Assembly: GCA_964591655.1 (NCBI GenBank)
Contig: CAZQDS010000001.1
Span: 7,232 to 71,231 of the forward strand
Origin: an uncultured Methanosarcinales archaeon
Lineage (GTDB): Archaea > Nanobdellota > Nanobdellia > Woesearchaeales > UBA9642
Reading direction: 5' to 3'
Length of the DNA stretch: 64,000 nt
Under the pieces are notes generated by a model that made no database searches, was not told the DNA's origin, and saw only the letters and a list, made by a program, of their open reading frames with translations. Shown here one piece after another: positions 17,343 to 27,877 of the stretch. Each line of letters begins with the position of its first letter. Position 1 is the first letter of the stretch. Position numbers and translations under genes: made by a program.

Positions 17343-19139
17343 TTACCTATCTCTCAGCATCGCTGTCAAGTAAGGCCATAATTCTGCTTCCGGATCAGAA
17401 TATTTTATCAATAGCACTTGGCTTCCTGAAGTGTTTGTGTACTCATAATATGCTCCGCCTATCGTCTTATTGACATATTCTATGTTGAAAGAGTTGTTCT
17501 GAGGAATATTCTGTCCTGTCATATTTAGATACATCAATGTCATCAATTCCTGAACTTGCTCATCATACTTCCTTTCTTCAACGCCATAAACTTTCAGGGT
17601 GTTATTGTTCAGCACATATAGTCTTTCATAATTTTTAGTCTGCGCAGCCAATCCTAAAGGCTCTGAAGGAGTATACCCGAATAGGTTTTGGAAGAATCCT
17701 ACTATTGCATTCCATATGTTGCTGAAGAATCCTCCTTCAATATTTAATTCTGAATCGCTCACCAGATAATAAAATGAGTCTAAATTGACATAAAGATATA
17801 GGGCGCCGTTGGTGGCACCATAATGCCCGCACTTCACAAATGTTGCTTCGGCATCATATCCGTCGCAGACACGATAACTTTCTCTCACAAACGAAGGGAC
17901 TATCAATTCTATGTCTAAAACATTTCCTGTCAAATCCGCGATATGTTTTTGGTACAATCTCCACATTATATCATCTGATCCATCTACATCTGTCGTCGGA
18001 TCTTCTGCATAGAATCCTGTGATTATCCTTTCTTCATCGCCCTCTTTTGATATCAGCACGCAACCGCCAGGGATGACTCCTGAATCTACGCCTATAAGGT
18101 TGTTGAATATTGCCCCAGTATCATCACAGAATATTATGTATGGTTTGTCTGCAGAGATGTTCTCTAAAACATTGGCTATTAGGAACGTCTTCGTCGTCCA
18201 TTCGCCGTTCATGCAATAATGGTTACCTTGATTCATCACGAAATTATTGTTTATGAACTGTCCATTCTTTATGCACGAGCTTCTCGAATTATTTAAAGAG
18301 TCGATGAATGCTTGTCTGTTTTCTGGAGTCGTTCCGAATGTGTTACTGACGAAACAATCACTGTCTCTTATGCAATATCCTGATTCTTCGAAGTTCCAAT
18401 CATACTTGACTTGTGCCTCTTCCCAATTGGCATAATTAGAATCATTCAATATGCACCTGTATCCTCTTGAAAGCCAATGCATCGTCGTATTTACATGAGT
18501 CCTATAATAAGAATTGATATCTATTATGCTCCATAGATTAGAATTATTAGAGATATACCATGGATCAGATGTCACACATTGGCTTCCATCCCAACAATAC
18601 TCTGCAGGACAACAAGCAGTAGTAAGGTTTATCGGAGGCTGCAACTGTTGTTGCGCATCAATCGGAGAGACTTCCTTGAACGATATATCATCGAATTTCG
18701 CTTCAGTACATCCGGCATCAACATGTATCCTCACACTTACGTTTTTGAAATATCCTTGTGATGCGTCTGGATCGCTGGCTGGAAGAAGAACGGTTTTTGA
18801 ACCGCTGGTAGTTAATCTGAATGGCACATCATTAAAACAACCAGTCTGTACCCAATTTGTTCTGCTTAAACAACGACCATCATTCAAATCAACCCTTACG
18901 ACACATCCTGCGGCGACAGTTATGTTCGCCCTCAAAGTATATTCTTTCCCTAACCTAATATCGAATGGATCTGAATAGATATCGATAGCTGTGCCCGAGG
19001 TCGTTGTGCCTACTAAAACCAATTCTTCATTCACAGACCATCCTGTGCTTGTTGTACGCCAGCCACTCATGTCTGCATAAGCGCTCGGCAATAAAACTAA
19101 TGAAATTAATGCAATAATCCATAATGTTGTATTCTTCAT
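17343..19139 (-). CDS. Secreted Cys-rich protein with N-terminal carbohydrate-binding-module-like jelly roll
   Basis: Signal peptide MKNTTLW...SAYA; GW..., GKEYTL.. and FDDISFKEV are typical of CBM4/9-like folds; CCP..YCWDG..C motif; starts 1 nt after the upstream stop. Confidence 0.55.
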   Translation of the reverse strand: MKNTTLWIIALISLVLLPSAYADMSGWRTTSTGWSVNEELVLVGTTTSGTAIDIYSDPFDIRLGKEYTLRANITVAAGCVVRVDLNDGRCLSRTNWVQTGCFNDVPFRLTTSGSKTVLLPASDPDASQGYFKNVSVRIHVDAGCTEAKFDDISFKEVSPIDAQQQLQPPINLTTACCPAEYCWDGSQCVTSDPWYISNNSNLWSIIDINSYYRTHVNTTMHWLSRGYRCILNDSNYANWEEAQVKYDWNFEESGYCIRDSDCFVSNTFGTTPENRQAFIDSLNNSRSSCIKNGQFINNNFVMNQGNHYCMNGEWTTKTFLIANVLENISADKPYIIFCDDTGAIFNNLIGVDSGVIPGGCVLISKEGDEERIITGFYAEDPTTDVDGSDDIMWRLYQKHIADLTGNVLDIELIVPSFVRESYRVCDGYDAEATFVKCGHYGATNGALYLYVNLDSFYYLVSDSELNIEGGFFSNIWNAIVGFFQNLFGYTPSEPLGLAAQTKNYERLYVLNNNTLKVYGVEERKYDEQVQELMTLMYLNMTGQNIPQNNSFNIEYVNKTIGGAYYEYTNTSGSQVLLIKYSDPEAELWPYLTAMLRDR

Positions 19140-19140
19140 T

Positions 19141-22100
19141 TTAATTTCCGGTATTGTTTCCTTGTTGTGCACATACTGTTGGAGGACAATCGCCACCAAA
19201 CTTTCCATTCTTCAACAACTCAGTAGCAGGAGGAATAGATTTCAGGTGTAGTTCTGAAGGGGTCGCGGGATAATACGAGTTATCAACTATATCGTATGAT
19301 TGCCCTATTCCCGGAGTATATTGTCTCCATATTCCATTGAAGCAATAATAATCATCTCTGACTTCACATTGGTCATTTACATAAGTATTCACCAATTGTG
19401 GATAGCTTGTCTGATATGTTCCATCATAACTTACTCTTATAGAATAATATTTTCCTGATGGAACTTGACATCCAATAAAAGTGTTGTTGAAATATAATAA
19501 ATCAGAATAATTATAAGATTTTAATTCATCTAACATACTAAAAAATTTAGTGTTATCTTCATAATATCCGTGTGATTTCCAAACAGATTCTCCTTCAGGA
19601 ACACCTATTCCTGCAAAGCATCCGGCAGATTTATCCCATGTCGGAACAGAACTATCATTAAAGTATTCAGGATATTTAGTAGGGTCAGTAATATCCGTGT
19701 CATCTCCACAACAATGATGTCCTGTCCATATATATGGCCATTGTGCTTCACATGTTACGGCGTATCGCCCGTATCCTTCAAGCCATGCGTCATCACCGAT
19801 AAAGAATGTGTCTGTCGGATTGGTTATTTCTGAATCTAATTGAGGAATCCATGCAGCGAACCCTCCTGTACAATAATGGTTATCTGACCCGGCAGTGGCT
19901 TGTGTAGGGTCTATTGTTAAGTATATATTATCATATTTGAATTCTGCAATACTAGGGAATACGCTTCCATTTAAATCTACTTTTATTGTTTGTAGTATTT
20001 GCTGTTTATTTTCAGGTTTTATCCTTATCTTAATATGATGTGGAATCAATTCCTGATCTCCGTTTGTAGAATAAGTAGTTAATAAATCGTAAGGAACATC
20101 ATTTATATAAACTTTCCCTACCCTATTTTTACGATTGTATACTACGTCCATTTCTATATAATCAAAATAACTTAGGAAAAAATTCTTGTCATCAATATTT
20201 GTGAGAGAGTATCGCACAGATGTTTCAGTCGTAAACCTTTTTGCTAAATCATCTATTTTTGATATGCCTGATTTAAAACGATCATAGGATTTTATAATAT
20301 TATAATTGAGCCCTAATGAAAATATCCTGTTTTGTGTTATATCAACATATGGTGTTCCGCCAAACTGCTTAAAATTATTACAATCACCTACACAGCACTG
20401 TCCAAAATAATTATTTGACTCTGATGCAAAACAAGAGAAGGTGGCATTATTCTCGTTTTCAAAAAAAGAGAATGGGAAAAAAAGTTTGTCCATAAATACG
20501 CCGAAACAACAATATGTGTCATCATCAATCATCACATCTTGATCTGGCGGAGCACATATTAGGTTTTCTGTTTTTTCATAAGGCGTGCCTCCTGCCAGAG
20601 TACATTCATCCTCATTTGTTATTAGGGTTCCGAGCAGACATTCTTTATCTTCAGGATCTCCAAAACAGCATCTTTCTCCTTGAGGATACACTATTGCTCC
20701 GTTAACGCAAACATTACCTAAAGCGCAAGGAAGCCCTCTCCCAAAATCTTGCGCTGCACAAGATTTTCCTTCATCATAGGTAGATAAATCTGAACATAAT
20801 CTTTCATTTTGTTTACATATTTCCTTCAAAATCTCTTCTTCGCCAAATCCTCCCGCACCCAAACAAAAAGGATTGGTTGGGTATAACAAACAAAAATAAT
20901 TTTCTGTACTCGCATCAGAGAAACAGTAACATCCTTTTGCCGATTCTGGGTCTGCAAAAATATTTTTTGGTTCTCCATTCTCACAACAAGGATATTGTAT
21001 TGGCACATTATTACAATCATAGTGCGGATTTCCTGTTAATATTGTAGCTATATCACTACACTCCATGTTGTTTAAATTTCTATTAGGCGGTGCAGGGAAA
21101 GAATCATATTCTAACACGGGCAATCCTTTCAATCCAGTCGTTCCATCCGCATTACAATAATACCACTTGTCCGAATTTGATATATAATCGACTGTTTTTC
21201 CAGAAAAATTCAATGGAGTTATCAAGAAAGGTTTTTCTGGAGCAGATATCCACATCCATTTATCTTCTGTGCCACCATAAAAGTTTGTTTTATTGTTATA
21301 ACATAAATATTTATTATCAGGAGTTACATACCCATAGTCTCCGCCATTCAATGGAAAACTTATTCTAATATAATCTACCCATGATTCTTGCCCAGTATTA
21401 TGTGTGGTCACTCTCAAAATCCTTAATCGCACATCGTTGACTGTTATTGAACAAGATCTTTCAACACCCGGCGTTACTGGATGTAATATGACGCCATGCA
21501 TTCTGCCCGGATCGCCCACTACTCTAAGAGGGTCGCATCCCTCAACAGTGATGTCAGCGTTATTAATGAAAAATCCTGTTCCAGTATCATCCATAAAATA
21601 AACACGTAAGGTCGCGCCTGATTTTGAAGGGTCGTCATTTATCGTGAAAGTCGTCTTTTGATTATTATAAGAATAAGAAATATCTTTCATGGCACCACTA
21701 TTCGCGGTGATTAATTTCAAAAAGCCATCTTCAATAGTTGGAGAAGGATAGCCCGGTTGTGGTTGCCAACCATTACTATTATCATTGAAAGGTTCGAAAA
21801 ACAATTCGTCTTCGCTAAAGTCATCTCCGCAACAACCATCGGCACCATCATTTGCAGAAGGATTATACCAGGGCTCCATCTCTATAAGCGGTTTTATTGA
21901 GCAATTGACTCCTCCACTCGTACAATCTTCATCATCTGTGTCTGTTTTTCCATCAAAATCATTATCATATTCATCGTTACATCTTGTTTCCTTATCATAT
22001 TCGCAAACACCTATCTTGCCATTGAAATCAAGTGGTCCTGTACGGGTTTTACAATCTTCATCAAAGCAATCGACATTTGGTTCTCCGAAATTAGGATAAC

Positions 22101-22914
22101 TGTCATTTCTAGCTAAATATCCTCTTGTAGTAAAATACTTCGTATGATCATACCATGAAACATTTACACCATCATCGGCATAAGTCCAATCGACATCATT
22201 GTCACGAAAATCATTACAGATAGTCTCGGTTTCTGTAATATAAGAATTCCATACAGAAGTGTATCTACTAGGAGGCATTACTGCGGCAAACGGATAATGA
22301 TTTCTAACATCATTGCCGCTCGCATCTACAAGTCGTACACGCATGAAATCCTTGCCGCCGCTTTCATGATAAAGAATAACTATCTTATTCCAGCCGCGCG
22401 TAACAGGGATGGCGGCGCTACTCCAGCCCCCTCCAGAGGTAATTGTGAAAGTGTGGGTATATGTTTGAGTTTCTGTTGTACCGACAAGCTCAAAGACTGC
22501 GAGTGTAAATGTATCATCAACACGATAGTTTATATAAAAATCCTTGTTAGAGGCAGAATACACAACGAAATCTGCTCTGGCATAATACGGACCGGTACAA
22601 TCGCCATCATCATCAAAATCTTCTGCGCCCTGATCAGCCATACAAAATCCAGCAAAATAATTTTCGTCCCACCCACGATCACCAGAATCAGAAGCAAAAA
22701 TTTTACCTAATACGGGCTCTCCACGATTAGTCCAATCTGATGGGAAACTCGGGCAAGAAAAATCACAAGTATGATATAAAAACTGATGCTCTCCATATGG
22801 ATAATTATCCCAGAATGAATCATTATAGAAAACCGGATCAAATTCTGCTCTTACACTAACCGATAATAATACGAATAGAACAGATATCAATAACCCTTTC
22901 CAGATTAGTTTCAT
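19141..22914 (-). CDS. Large secreted Cys-rich adhesin-like protein (PA14-like N-terminal domain, Ca-binding-type repeats)
   Basis: Signal peptide; RVDD...GWNKIVILYHESGG is PA14-like; ETxCND..DNDxDG..D..D.DC repeats; two CCGDD motifs. Confidence 0.55.
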   Translation of the reverse strand: MKLIWKGLLISVLFVLLSVSVRAEFDPVFYNDSFWDNYPYGEHQFLYHTCDFSCPSFPSDWTNRGEPVLGKIFASDSGDRGWDENYFAGFCMADQGAEDFDDDGDCTGPYYARADFVVYSASNKDFYINYRVDDTFTLAVFELVGTTETQTYTHTFTITSGGGWSSAAIPVTRGWNKIVILYHESGGKDFMRVRLVDASGNDVRNHYPFAAVMPPSRYTSVWNSYITETETICNDFRDNDVDWTYADDGVNVSWYDHTKYFTTRGYLARNDSYPNFGEPNVDCFDEDCKTRTGPLDFNGKIGVCEYDKETRCNDEYDNDFDGKTDTDDEDCTSGGVNCSIKPLIEMEPWYNPSANDGADGCCGDDFSEDELFFEPFNDNSNGWQPQPGYPSPTIEDGFLKLITANSGAMKDISYSYNNQKTTFTINDDPSKSGATLRVYFMDDTGTGFFINNADITVEGCDPLRVVGDPGRMHGVILHPVTPGVERSCSITVNDVRLRILRVTTHNTGQESWVDYIRISFPLNGGDYGYVTPDNKYLCYNNKTNFYGGTEDKWMWISAPEKPFLITPLNFSGKTVDYISNSDKWYYCNADGTTGLKGLPVLEYDSFPAPPNRNLNNMECSDIATILTGNPHYDCNNVPIQYPCCENGEPKNIFADPESAKGCYCFSDASTENYFCLLYPTNPFCLGAGGFGEEEILKEICKQNERLCSDLSTYDEGKSCAAQDFGRGLPCALGNVCVNGAIVYPQGERCCFGDPEDKECLLGTLITNEDECTLAGGTPYEKTENLICAPPDQDVMIDDDTYCCFGVFMDKLFFPFSFFENENNATFSCFASESNNYFGQCCVGDCNNFKQFGGTPYVDITQNRIFSLGLNYNIIKSYDRFKSGISKIDDLAKRFTTETSVRYSLTNIDDKNFFLSYFDYIEMDVVYNRKNRVGKVYINDVPYDLLTTYSTNGDQELIPHHIKIRIKPENKQQILQTIKVDLNGSVFPSIAEFKYDNIYLTIDPTQATAGSDNHYCTGGFAAWIPQLDSEITNPTDTFFIGDDAWLEGYGRYAVTCEAQWPYIWTGHHCCGDDTDITDPTKYPEYFNDSSVPTWDKSAGCFAGIGVPEGESVWKSHGYYEDNTKFFSMLDELKSYNYSDLLYFNNTFIGCQVPSGKYYSIRVSYDGTYQTSYPQLVNTYVNDQCEVRDDYYCFNGIWRQYTPGIGQSYDIVDNSYYPATPSELHLKSIPPATELLKNGKFGGDCPPTVCAQQGNNTGN

Positions 22915-23052
22915 AAACACCCTCTTTCCATCATTTCTCGACTTTATGCTTTTTAAATATTACTATTTTGTGCGTATTCATGACTTCAATCCTGCTTAAA
23001 CCCTTATTAACCTTTATATATAAGCTAATCATACTGATATTGGTGAATAAAT

Positions 23053-25260
23053 ATGAATAAGGTTTTATCATTATATATTGTCGGTTTATTGTTATTTGGA
23101 GGAATCGTATTGCTTGCAGGGTGTACCCCACAGGCACCCGCAACAGCGACTCCAGAAGGAGGAACGTATCTCGCCAATAGTACAGATATGCCTACTGGTG
23201 AAGATGCTGCCGCATTGTCTGGCAATGTAATAAGATTTAATTCTACTGCAGAATTGGATGCATTCTTGAGAGAGAGACAATCCTCTTATCCGTCTGTTTA
23301 TCGTGGCGGTGTAATGATGGATGCGATGGTGTCTGCGACTGGCGGTGCCAAAAGCGCAGGTGCTCCTGTAGCTTCTGGTGCAGAAGAGTATTCGCAGACC
23401 AATGTTCAGGTTGAAGGTGTCGATGAAGCAGACTTCGTAAAGAATGATGATAAATATATTTATTTGGCTCAAGACAATAAGCTGATAATAGTGGATGCAT
23501 TTGATGAGAAGGAGATAGTTTCAGAGACTGATCTTCCTAAAAATGCTTATGCATCAAATCTTTTCCTTTATGGCGACAAGGTTGTTGTCCTTGCGCATTC
23601 TAGTGAGGAATCTTTCTATTTCAGGAAGTATGATATAATGCCGCAGCCTTCTTATGAGTCTGTGACTAAGGTGCTGATATATGATGTCTCTGACAGGAGC
23701 GACCCGGAATTGACCGAAGATTTCAAAGTCTCTGGAGATTATTTCCAGTCAAGGATGATCGATGATGTCGTTTATCTTGTCGCGGTCAAATATGCACAGT
23801 ATCCTGTCATGCCTCCTATAATATATGCTGAAAAGATGATCTCTCCGCCGATATATTATTTTGATAATGGTGAGGAACAATACAACTATAACACTATAGT
23901 CTCAATAAATGTCGATACGGAGAAGATTGTAGATTCTGAAGTGTATCTTTTAGGATACAGCAACACTTTGATGATGTCAGAAGATAACATATACATCGCA
24001 TACCAGAAACAGCCATATAGGTGCTGGGGATGGTATTGCAGAGACAATAGTTATGACAAAGAAAGGTTTACAGAAGTTGTCGTCCCATTATTAGAGGGAG
24101 AATTGAAGAGAGACATCCAGATAGTATTGAATAGCAAGGATTCTGATGATGAGCAATGGAATAAGATATCTGAGATATTGACTGGATTCTTTGAAAACAT
24201 AAGGGACGATGAGACTGCTCAAGACCAATATGACGAGATGCTTTCAGACATACAGGACGCATTAGATGATTATGATGCGAAACAATTGCTTGAGAACTCA
24301 AAGACAGTAATCCATAAGATTTCAGTAGATGATGGTGAATTAGACTATCAATCCAAAGGAGAGGTGGATGGAAGACTATTGAACCAATTCAGCCTTGATG
24401 AATATAAAGGATATCTAAGAGTTGCGACGACTGTCGACTTGTGGATGAATACTGGAAGGAAGACATACAATAATGTGTATGTCCTGGATAAAGATATGGA
24501 TGTTGTCGGTTCAGTCGAAGATATAGCGAAGAACGAGACAATATACTCTACAAGATTCATGGGCGACAAATTATATATGGTCACTTTCAGGCAGATCGAC
24601 CCGTTCTTCGTCATTGATTTATCAGACCCCGAGGATCCGGAGATACTTGGTAAATTGAAGATCCCCGGATATTCAAGTTACTTGCACCCATATAATGAGA
24701 ATTTCATAATAGGCGTAGGTAAAGAGACTGGGGAGAATCAATGGGGCGGTGTGTCGACAAAAGGCGTTAAATTATCATTGTTTGACGTTACAGACATGGA
24801 AAAACCTGAAGAAGTAGATAAGTATGAGATAGGGATGGAAGGGACAGACAGTCCGATACTTTATGAGCATAAGGCATTCCTTTTGTTCAACAACATATTA
24901 GTCATACCGATATCTGAAGTGACTTCAAGAGAGACAGGAAGATATGGCTATGATTATAAGTATTGGGATGGCGCATACGTGTTTGAAGTCTCAGAAGATG
25001 GGTTCGAATTGCTCGGGAAAGTAAAGCACGACTCGAGAAGCACATCGTATTATGCGTGGTGGGACAGGGCATCTGTAACGCGAAGCATAATAATGGATAA
25101 TGAATTGTTCACGATAAGCAACAAGTACATAAAAGTGAACGATCTTGACAATGAATTGGACTCATTAGGAAGCATAGAACTCCCATATGAGAACAACTAT
25201 TATCCTATGTATGCGACAGGCGGCGGAGTCGCTGTTTCAGAACCTGCAATAATGGAATAA
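23053..25260 (+). CDS. Secreted beta-propeller domain protein (COG4880-type), lipoprotein
   Basis: LAGC lipobox; YSQTNVQVEGVDEADFVKND; LLNQFSLDE; IYSTRFMGD..YMVTFRQIDPFFVIDL; LKIPGYSSYLHP. Confidence 0.88.
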   Translation: MNKVLSLYIVGLLLFGGIVLLAGCTPQAPATATPEGGTYLANSTDMPTGEDAAALSGNVIRFNSTAELDAFLRERQSSYPSVYRGGVMMDAMVSATGGAKSAGAPVASGAEEYSQTNVQVEGVDEADFVKNDDKYIYLAQDNKLIIVDAFDEKEIVSETDLPKNAYASNLFLYGDKVVVLAHSSEESFYFRKYDIMPQPSYESVTKVLIYDVSDRSDPELTEDFKVSGDYFQSRMIDDVVYLVAVKYAQYPVMPPIIYAEKMISPPIYYFDNGEEQYNYNTIVSINVDTEKIVDSEVYLLGYSNTLMMSEDNIYIAYQKQPYRCWGWYCRDNSYDKERFTEVVVPLLEGELKRDIQIVLNSKDSDDEQWNKISEILTGFFENIRDDETAQDQYDEMLSDIQDALDDYDAKQLLENSKTVIHKISVDDGELDYQSKGEVDGRLLNQFSLDEYKGYLRVATTVDLWMNTGRKTYNNVYVLDKDMDVVGSVEDIAKNETIYSTRFMGDKLYMVTFRQIDPFFVIDLSDPEDPEILGKLKIPGYSSYLHPYNENFIIGVGKETGENQWGGVSTKGVKLSLFDVTDMEKPEEVDKYEIGMEGTDSPILYEHKAFLLFNNILVIPISEVTSRETGRYGYDYKYWDGAYVFEVSEDGFELLGKVKHDSRSTSYYAWWDRASVTRSIIMDNELFTISNKYIKVNDLDNELDSLGSIELPYENNYYPMYATGGGVAVSEPAIME

Positions 25261-25319
25261 TTTTATTTTTTTAATTATTTTAATTCTTTTAATAAGAGTA
25301 TATTAATATTATAAATCTA

Positions 25320-26012
25320 TCAATATATCTTATCTCTCTTATTCTCTTCTTTTTTTATCAATAAGAGCATCTCTTTCTCATGGCCTGCCCCGATCACTGT
25401 AAGGATTTTCTTTTCAGGATTCTTCTCCATTATCTTTACAAGATTCTTTGCCATGACAACATTCCTTTCATGTATCAGCACATTATATAGAGAAGGATAT
25501 CTGTCTTTCAACTGGTTCATCATCTCTGATATCAATTTCTCCTTCGGGACCTCGTTAAGGTTGATTTTTATCTTCTGTTTTGAGAACGGGCTTCGAATTA
25601 TATCCCATAATAATCGCATCTTTTCCTTGAACGTGAATTCTTTAGAGAACCTCTTCAATGTGATCTCTATATCTTGATCTATCAACATCAATTGCTTGTT
25701 GTTGCTCTTTGCGAGATTGACTGCCGTCAACATGTCGCTTCCCGGCTTTATACCGACGACATTACCTAATTTTCTTTGGAGGACGCCAGCAATTACCGCA
25801 AACAGGTATCCCTGCAAACCATATCTCTTTATTCCTGACAAAGAATAATCTGGTTTGGCATCTGTCAACAATGCGTGCAGCCTCTTATGGTCCAATTCTA
25901 CACAGACGATGTCAGGATCTAATCCTGAGAACCTGTCATTTATCTCCTTGACAGACTGTCTAGCGATGTGACTCGTCCCTATGATGAGAAGATTCTTGTA
26001 ATGCTCCGTCAT
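25320..26012 (-). CDS. TraB/PrgY domain protein
   Basis: IGTSHI, VCVELD..R, PGSDM, IDQDIEITL, ERN..MA, IGAGH. Confidence 0.9.
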   Translation of the reverse strand: MTEHYKNLLIIGTSHIARQSVKEINDRFSGLDPDIVCVELDHKRLHALLTDAKPDYSLSGIKRYGLQGYLFAVIAGVLQRKLGNVVGIKPGSDMLTAVNLAKSNNKQLMLIDQDIEITLKRFSKEFTFKEKMRLLWDIIRSPFSKQKIKINLNEVPKEKLISEMMNQLKDRYPSLYNVLIHERNVVMAKNLVKIMEKNPEKKILTVIGAGHEKEMLLLIKKEENKRDKIY

Positions 26013-26042
26013 GATATTGGTAGAAAGAAGGTAATTATAAAT

Positions 26043-26420
26043 TTATTTCTTAATATTGTGTCTACCCTTAAAATAGGAATAAGCATTTTTTGCTACCCCA
26101 ACCAATAATAGGACAGAAAGCGCGGTTAGGACTCGGGAATAATTCCTCTCTGTACGTATATCGTCTGCCTTGACATCTAATCGGTCAAGCTCCTTCATAT
26201 CGATTGAAGTCATTTTTCCTTCCAATGATTTCTTTGTAGATTCAAAATCGTTGAAAAAGACGTGATCATCCAATGATATGTTATTTTTTGAATTGAAGCC
26301 CTTAAGATCTTCATAGAAAATGTTCATCTCTTTATTAGAGTCAACATACATATCGTAACTTATTTTTCCTGCTCCTGCTGCCACAACAAGAAACGCTCCG
26401 GCATAAATCAATTGTTTCAT
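26043..26420 (-). CDS. Hypothetical protein with two hydrophobic segments
   Basis: 125-aa ORF with N- and C-terminal hydrophobic helices. Confidence 0.5.
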   Translation of the reverse strand: MKQLIYAGAFLVVAAGAGKISYDMYVDSNKEMNIFYEDLKGFNSKNNISLDDHVFFNDFESTKKSLEGKMTSIDMKELDRLDVKADDIRTERNYSRVLTALSVLLLVGVAKNAYSYFKGRHNIKK

Positions 26421-26460
26421 TTTATTGCTAAACGAATTTTATTATCGATTATCATTAAAC

Positions 26461-26560
26461 CCAAGCCGAGCCAAGAATGTTGGCTCGACTCAGGAAAAAG
26501 AGGTGAGTTAGCTTGAAAAGATGACTTGCAAAAATCCGAAGATTTCTAGTGAGTCGACCC
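26461..26560 (-). ncRNA. Candidate structured RNA element (alternative stems, cUUCGg hairpin)
   Basis: GC-richer intergenic island with two overlapping, mutually exclusive stems and a C-UUCG-G tetraloop on the minus strand. Confidence 0.35.
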
Positions 26561-26570
26561 GCTATGACGA

Positions 26571-27032
26571 TTACTTGCAATAATTCGTAAATTTTTGGTG
26601 TGTCGTCTGGTTATTGTCTTGCTCGCCTGCTTTGATTATTTTATTATTAGGCGTGAATATAGTATTTAATCTATCTACTAATTCACTCCTGTCATATGTT
26701 GTTCTTACACATATCAAATATGTTGAAACAACCCCATCGACGGTCGCATTCAACCCATCATCATTTGCCGAAAGGATTATGGGTTTTTTTCCGGCGCCAA
26801 AGATGTTTCGGCTTGCTTCTTTTGATCCTGCGTAATTCCTCACGACATTATAATCTAGATGGATGTCTTTCTTTAAGAGCGTTTTATTGATATTTCTTAC
26901 GGCACCCATCATATTTTTTAAATTTATATCTCCGTCCATATCGATATAAAGAATTATATTTGTTAATTGTTTTTTATCTTTATTCAATCCGCCATCGAAA
27001 ACGTCATATCGTGGATCATAATATTTTTTCAT
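26571..27032 (-). CDS. Hypothetical protein
   Basis: 153-aa ORF with GGTGA RBS; no motif recognised. Confidence 0.5.
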   Translation of the reverse strand: MKKYYDPRYDVFDGGLNKDKKQLTNIILYIDMDGDINLKNMMGAVRNINKTLLKKDIHLDYNVVRNYAGSKEASRNIFGAGKKPIILSANDDGLNATVDGVVSTYLICVRTTYDRSELVDRLNTIFTPNNKIIKAGEQDNNQTTHQKFTNYCK

Positions 27033-27073
27033 AAATATTCACCTTATTTTTTGTATTTATAAATATAAAAAAA

Positions 27074-27877
27074 TTATTTCTTCTTCCACATCTGCTCGAA
27101 CATTTCTTTCAATGTGTTTGCGAAGTAAGGTGTCTTGACCCAGACTCCGACATCATAGCTCGGATGTACGTCCTTGTCATCTGTCAACATGAACAGTATA
27201 TGTTGATCATCGACAATGATGAATCTTGCATTCATGCTTGGAACGCTCTTCACTTCTGCTATCCCTTTCAATTCTGCAGAATATTTCTCTAGATCCTTAT
27301 CTTTTCCTTGTGGAACGAGAACTTTCACTGCGACGCCCTTATCTGAAAGCTTCTTCAGTGTCTTCTTCATGTGCTGTGTCTTTCTTGATAATCCTTCATG
27401 TGAAGTCATTATGCAGACAGTCTTCTCTGCACCTTTTATCATTGATTCCATATGATCATAGATGTTTGTCCTATCTTTTACCAAACCGACCATTTCTGTA
27501 GGTTCGACCATGTCTATGCCGTGTGTATGTAATTCGGTCAATTGGTTCAGAATTTGAGAATCCTTCAATTCATCCATCTGTAATTCTTTCTGGACCGATT
27601 CTTCTTTTATCCTTTTCTTTATGGTGTTTATTACTTCTGATGGAGGTATTGCCATATATTTTATAGGTTTCCCCAGTTTCATTATGATGAATCCTTTCTT
27701 CTCTAATGATTCTAGAACGTCATATGTCCTTGATCTTGGGACGTTGGAGATGTCGCTTAATTCTCCTGCTGAACTTACTCCTCTTGATAAGAGTGCTGCC
27801 CATATCTTTGCTTCATAAGAATTCAATCCGAAATCCTTCATCTTCTTTACTAATTCTGGTTGTACTAACATTTTCAT
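27074..27877 (-). CDS. TrmB/TrmBL2-family regulator (paralog of 5384..6202)
   Basis: GLNSYEAKIW..ELSDISNVPRSRTYDVLESLEKKGF; VHPSYDVGVWV..PYFA is nearly identical to the other copy. Confidence 0.9.
   Translation of the reverse strand: MKMLVQPELVKKMKDFGLNSYEAKIWAALLSRGVSSAGELSDISNVPRSRTYDVLESLEKKGFIIMKLGKPIKYMAIPPSEVINTIKKRIKEESVQKELQMDELKDSQILNQLTELHTHGIDMVEPTEMVGLVKDRTNIYDHMESMIKGAEKTVCIMTSHEGLSRKTQHMKKTLKKLSDKGVAVKVLVPQGKDKDLEKYSAELKGIAEVKSVPSMNARFIIVDDQHILFMLTDDKDVHPSYDVGVWVKTPYFANTLKEMFEQMWKKK

Noticed and set aside
17343-22914. Diversity-generating retroelement target or template in the large surface genes
   Set aside because: No reverse transcriptase in the window, and no near-identical repeat pair differing at adenines was seen.
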